DNA of 64,000 nucleotides. It comes from Candidatus Nezhaarchaeales archaeon (GTDB lineage Archaea; Thermoproteota; Methanomethylicia; Nezhaarchaeales; WYZ-LMO8). The position numbers and the translations under genes were made by a program. Of the stretch, positions 59,917 to 64,000 are shown piece after piece. The notes under the pieces were generated by a model, which worked only from the letters and a program-made list of their open reading frames with translations, ran no database searches and was not told the origin of the DNA. Each line of letters begins with the position of its first letter. Position 1 is the stretch's first letter. The DNA is taken from NCBI GenBank assembly GCA_038887515.1, contig JAWAKK010000001.1, positions 224,001-288,000 of the forward strand. Reading direction: 5' to 3'.

Positions 59917-61140
59917 TCATCGTGTATACGACGACAACACTTCTAAAGCAGCTTTGGTCATGTCCTTCTTGGGCTTGTAGCCCATCCTCTGGAGCGTTAA
60001 TTGAAGTGATGAAACTAAGGCTAGTATGTCGCTTGGAGTTATCCAGCCCATGTGACCTATTCTAAACGTCGTCTGTCTAAACTGGCCTGAACCTCTTGCC
60101 ACCGTTACTCCTAAACTCTCCATCTCAACTCTTAATTTAGCATCATCGAGCCCTTCTGGCTTATACACAACGGTTACTGTGTCTGATTCAAAGCCTCTTT
60201 TTGCAAAGACTTTCAAGCCCGAGACCCTTATAGCGGCCCTTACAGCTTCTGCTATAACTCTGTGCCTCCTAAACCTCTCTTCTAAGCCCTCTTCAAATAT
60301 CGCATCTAGGGCTTCGTTGATTGCGTACACCATACTTACCGGTTGCGTCGAATAATAGTTCTCAGGATTCCTTACAACCTTAAGCCACCCCTTTAAGTCG
60401 CCGTAGAACGTCGGCACATCGTAATCTCGTGATTCGAGCTCCTCTAAGAAGTTCTTTCCTACGGCTATTAAAGCGCAACCAGGTGGAGCACCTATACCTT
60501 TTTGACTGCAACTTCCGCAAATAGTTATTCCCCAATCGTCGCACCTCACGTCCATAGCCCCAAGAGAGGCTACTGCGTCGACTAGCAACTTAATACCGTG
60601 TTTTAAAGCGACATCTCCTATCTCATCTATGTAGGATATTACCCCCGTAGAAGTTTCAACGTGGGCCACCGTTATTGCCTTGAAGCTTTTCCTTTTTACA
60701 AGTTTCTCTACATCCTTACCGGTAAAGCCCCTACCGTTCAACATCTCAACAGTTTTCGGAATCCCTCCAACCCTAAGTACCATATCCCTGAACCTTGAGC
60801 TGAAGAACCCCGTTACAAGGCAAAGTACTCTATCTTTAGGCCTTACGACGTTTGATACCATTATCTCTTGAGCTAACGTTCCGGTGCCAGCTAGTAAGAA
60901 AGCTTCTCCCTTAGTCTTGAATAGTACCTTGAGCTTCTCCACAACAGCCTTGTACTTCTCCATGAAACCCCTATAGGAGTGAGGCTCAACAGGTCTACTA
61001 AGAGCCCTCAATATTCTGGGGTGCACGTACGTCGGTCCAGGAGTGAAGAACAAGATCTTTTCACTTAGGAGTTCGCTTGGCAATCGAACTATCGACTCCT
61101 GCGAGCTTTCTTTGGTGTTTATGCGGCGTCCGGCTCCCAC
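59917..61140 (-). CDS. Class V PLP aminotransferase (alanine/serine-glyoxylate type)
   Basis: FTPGPT, HVETSTG, VDAVASLG, SQKGIGAPPG and FRIGHMG motifs. Confidence 0.93.
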   Translation of the reverse strand: MGAGRRINTKESSQESIVRLPSELLSEKILFFTPGPTYVHPRILRALSRPVEPHSYRGFMEKYKAVVEKLKVLFKTKGEAFLLAGTGTLAQEIMVSNVVRPKDRVLCLVTGFFSSRFRDMVLRVGGIPKTVEMLNGRGFTGKDVEKLVKRKSFKAITVAHVETSTGVISYIDEIGDVALKHGIKLLVDAVASLGAMDVRCDDWGITICGSCSQKGIGAPPGCALIAVGKNFLEELESRDYDVPTFYGDLKGWLKVVRNPENYYSTQPVSMVYAINEALDAIFEEGLEERFRRHRVIAEAVRAAIRVSGLKVFAKRGFESDTVTVVYKPEGLDDAKLRVEMESLGVTVARGSGQFRQTTFRIGHMGWITPSDILALVSSLQLTLQRMGYKPKKDMTKAALEVLSSYTR

Positions 61141-61221
61141 ATCGGCGGCTACCTCCGCCGCTAAATGCTGGCGAGAGGTAAGAATTTAAACTTTGTCTTA
61201 TTCTGAAAGATCCCGATAATA

Positions 61222-61896
61222 ATGATAAAGGTCGAAGAATGTATAGCATCCCTAGGCGTATTCTTAAAGTGGTGTATACTTCAAGGCGTTAAAGTTTACG
61301 ATTCAAGTTCTCGGGAGTTTGTCGTAAATGTAGTAAAGAGGACCCTAGAAGAGGTCAGATGCGCCTTAACTTTTGAGAACTTAAAGGACCATCCTATAAT
61401 TAGAGCGTTTAGAGACTTTTACTGGCGCTTAGGCATAGACCCAACAAAGGTTAGGCCCTCCGCTGAAGCCCTAATAAGGAGGGCTCTAAGATATGGCTCC
61501 ATACCTCTTATAAACAACATTGTGGATTTGGGCAACGTAGCGTCAATGAAGACAATGATACCTATAGGCATTTACGACCTGGACAAGGTTTCGTTACCCC
61601 TTACGCTCAGGAGGGCTTGCGAGGGCGAGATTTTCTACCCTATAGGAGGCAAACCGGTAAGTCTAAGCCGTAAAGAAATAGTACTAGTCGATTCAAATAA
61701 CGTAGTAATCCACGTTTTCCCTCACCGAGATTCTGCGCATACCATGGTTAGAGAAGACACCAAGAACATATTGATATTGGCTTGCGGAGTTAACGGTGTA
61801 GAAGAGAGAAAGGTCCAAGAAGCTGTAGAGATGGCCTCAAAATTAATACTGTGGTTGTGTAGTATGCAAACACCGAGTAACACCTCAGAGCGGTGA
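61222..61896 (+). CDS. B3/B4 domain protein (stand-alone PheRS-editing-like)
   Basis: GIDPTK.RPS.EAL.RR, IN..VD..N and PIGIYDLDK motifs. Confidence 0.88.
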   Translation: MIKVEECIASLGVFLKWCILQGVKVYDSSSREFVVNVVKRTLEEVRCALTFENLKDHPIIRAFRDFYWRLGIDPTKVRPSAEALIRRALRYGSIPLINNIVDLGNVASMKTMIPIGIYDLDKVSLPLTLRRACEGEIFYPIGGKPVSLSRKEIVLVDSNNVVIHVFPHRDSAHTMVREDTKNILILACGVNGVEERKVQEAVEMASKLILWLCSMQTPSNTSER

Positions 61897-62022
61897 AGGA
61901 AGAGACTTATAACGCTCAACAGTCTTTAAGAGTAAACATTATATTACACTCCTGCTCGCAGTCTCACAGCTCGAAGTTATTATGGCACTTTTGGCTCCAC
62001 TTAATTTCGAGGTGGCGAAATC

Positions 62023-63024
62023 ATGCGTTCTTGCGAGTTAGTTGTTTGGATTGCTACTGGAAGATGCAATCTAAGCTGTAGGCATTGCTATGCTTCACGT
62101 TTTGTTAACTTTAAAGAACTATCAACTGATGAAGCCTTAAGAATGGTTAAAGGCTTAGCTGAAATTAAGGCTAAGCACCTATCGATCACAGGCGGCGAAC
62201 CGACGCTCCGGGACGATTTACCCAAAATAATTATGGAGGCCCAAGATAGGGGTCTTGAAGTAAGCGTGGTCACAAATTCCCTTCTATTAAAAGAGGAGTC
62301 TATGGAGTTCCTGGCCAAGAGAAACGTGGAAGTCCAAGTTAGCATTGACGGTGTTACGAAGGAGTCGTTTACAAAGATAAGGGGGCCATTCTTCGACACG
62401 TTACTAATCAAAATTCAAAAACTCAAAGCTCTTGGAACCAGCCTAAAGCCAATAATGACCATAAACGCGATAAATTACCGCGAGACAGGAGATTACGTAA
62501 AGTTATGTGCAAATATGGAAACTTCAGGAGCAGCCCTAATTCCTCTCATACCCGTTGGGAGGGCGGATAGGGAGTTGATGCCTGATAGCGAAATGGTCAT
62601 GGAGTCCCTCATAATGGCTGCTCAAGTAGCTGAAGAGTTGGGCTTTAGCATAGAGCTTTGGTGTTCACCGTTTGCGCGTTCTTTCCTGGCTTCCAAGCTG
62701 GTTGAGGTTAGTCCCTGCATGATAGCTTTAGGTCTCGACATCGCTCCTGACGGTAGTATACTTCTTTGCGATACCTTAGATGTGAAGGTTACGTCAATCG
62801 ATGTAGGCATTCCGAGAGCTTGGGAGGAGTATTTGAATAGCGAACTAGTGAAGAGCTTGAGCTCGCCGAGCCTCAAAGTACCTTGTAAAACATGTAAATA
62901 CGTAGAAGATTGCCTTGGAGGATGTCACGCAAGGGCGAAGGCGCTCTATGGAGATTTAAAGATGCCCGATCCGCTATGTCCTATCGCCTCGAAAGCTAGA
63001 AACAAAGTTTCTAAGCTTTATTAG
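62023..63024 (+). CDS. Radical SAM/SPASM domain protein
   Basis: CNLSCRHC, TGGEP and VSIDG motifs; SPASM C...C..C.....C.GGC..R..DP.C. Confidence 0.9.
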   Translation: MRSCELVVWIATGRCNLSCRHCYASRFVNFKELSTDEALRMVKGLAEIKAKHLSITGGEPTLRDDLPKIIMEAQDRGLEVSVVTNSLLLKEESMEFLAKRNVEVQVSIDGVTKESFTKIRGPFFDTLLIKIQKLKALGTSLKPIMTINAINYRETGDYVKLCANMETSGAALIPLIPVGRADRELMPDSEMVMESLIMAAQVAEELGFSIELWCSPFARSFLASKLVEVSPCMIALGLDIAPDGSILLCDTLDVKVTSIDVGIPRAWEEYLNSELVKSLSSPSLKVPCKTCKYVEDCLGGCHARAKALYGDLKMPDPLCPIASKARNKVSKLY

Positions 63025-64000
63025 TATTATTGAGAATATTGTGGCAAGTATTCCTACAATTATAAGGGCTGTGACTGCATAGCTTTGATCGGGCCCCACA
63101 ATCCTACTTATCAGGAAGAACACGTACTGGCTTGAAGTTACAGTTGCAACTAAGACAACTAATGATAGTAAGCCTATGAACAGTAAGCTCCTCATGAACC
63201 TCCTAACTATCGGGTTCAAGTTTCTTTGTTCGCATAAAAACTTGTAACAAAGTTCGTCGGCGTGTATGTATACCCTATATGCTATGACTACGATGGAGGC
63301 TACAGCTATGGCCATGACCATCATCGATGACGCAAAGCTATAAGGAGGCTCTAAGAAGCTATCGATAACGTAAAGCATCGATGAAGCGATGAACGCTATA
63401 AGGACCATTAAAGCTCCTTCCTTCATGACTTTCATGAAAGTTTCATGAAGAACTCTACTCACTCTCTTTTCAAATATTTTGTTCAGATATTTAGACGCGT
63501 TATCAATAGGAAGTCTAACCGGGATGGGCATTAAACGGGAAAGGATCGTCACACCTCTATCAGGGTTCCTAGTAAGGGTTGATGATATGATCATTGCAAG
63601 TATTGTCGAAACTGCTGAGATCATTATCATTGGTTGCGATGTTAAACCGAGCCTAGTTGCCTCATAAGCTACTATTAAACCAAACTCGCTTATGGTTATG
63701 GCGAAAAACGTCATTCTGGCCACGTCTTCAAAGCCATAACCGCTGACAAGCCACGTCGAAACCGAGAAGGCTACGAACTTAGTTATTACAACTGGAAGGC
63801 TTAAAGCGAGTGCTATTGAGAGCTGCGGCGTCGGTATCGACGCTATGTTAGCATTGAGTCCCATGGCTACAAAGAAGATCACGAGAAACAGTTCTTTAAG
63901 AGGTCTTATGCGTTCCGATATTTCGTTAGCTTGAGGGTGAGCCGATAACGCTAATCCAGCCGCGAACGCGCCTAGAGCCGGCGACAATCCAGCTCTCCTG
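62974..64000 (-). CDS. Cation:proton antiporter (CPA2/KefB-like), 5' end outside the window
   Basis: GLSPALGAFAAG, PLKELFLVIFFVAMG and ISEFGLI motifs; the frame is open to the window edge. Confidence 0.88.
   Translation of the reverse strand, partial: RRAGLSPALGAFAAGLALSAHPQANEISERIRPLKELFLVIFFVAMGLNANIASIPTPQLSIALALSLPVVITKFVAFSVSTWLVSGYGFEDVARMTFFAITISEFGLIVAYEATRLGLTSQPMIMISAVSTILAMIISSTLTRNPDRGVTILSRLMPIPVRLPIDNASKYLNKIFEKRVSRVLHETFMKVMKEGALMVLIAFIASSMLYVIDSFLEPPYSFASSMMVMAIAVASIVVIAYRVYIHADELCYKFLCEQRNLNPIVRRFMRSLLFIGLLSLVVLVATVTSSQYVFFLISRIVGPDQSYAVTALIIVGILATIFSIILIKLRNFVSSFRGDRT

Noticed and set aside
61893-62081. Small ORF as a RiPP precursor for the radical SAM/SPASM enzyme
   Set aside because: It overlaps both neighbours, has no precursor-like composition, and there is no transporter or protease nearby.
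1-64000. CRISPR arrays, tRNA/rRNA genes, transposases, integrases, inteins
   Set aside because: No regularly spaced repeats, GC-rich structural RNA segments or mobile-element motifs were recognised by eye. A tRNAscan/Infernal run would be needed to exclude small RNAs.

Overview
Gene-dense chromosomal segment from an anaerobic, (hyper)thermophilic archaeon. Evidence: reverse gyrase, archaeal MptD/MfnA/CobT-type enzymes and TATA-box promoters; a Thermoproteota/TACK-type lineage is my inference. From left to right: reverse gyrase (truncated at the window edge); methanopterin/methanofuran cofactor genes; an unusual five-gene operon (SCP2-like protein, two VAO/GlcD-family flavoproteins, a half-degenerate HdrD/GlpC-like Fe-S protein); and a ~22 kb island (13.6-36 kb). 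The island holds a B12 transporter, a four-component corrinoid O-demethylase-like system (MtrH-like, RACo activator, corrinoid protein, UroD-family methyltransferase), a CocE-like hydrolase with a non-canonical active site, two paralogous sodium:solute symporters each accompanied by two previously unannotated ~45-aa membrane peptides, a Liv-type ABC transporter, and a close homolog of the pyrogallol-phloroglucinol transhydroxylase (AthL/BthL). The island suggests an archaeal route from methoxylated/galloyl aromatics through pyrogallol to phloroglucinol, i.e. beyond simple demethylation. After it come glyA, a his operon (HisZ plus short HisG), homocitrate and isopropylmalate synthases, a patch of DNA-repair genes (Val-initiated Nei, photolyase, UvdE), cobT and housekeeping genes. 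A 17-bp palindrome occurs at the B12-uptake promoter and twice upstream of cobT. Several genes carry single-base homopolymer frameshifts (assembly error or slippage). No rRNA, tRNA, CRISPR array or transposase was recognised. All family assignments are by motif recognition from memory, without database searches.
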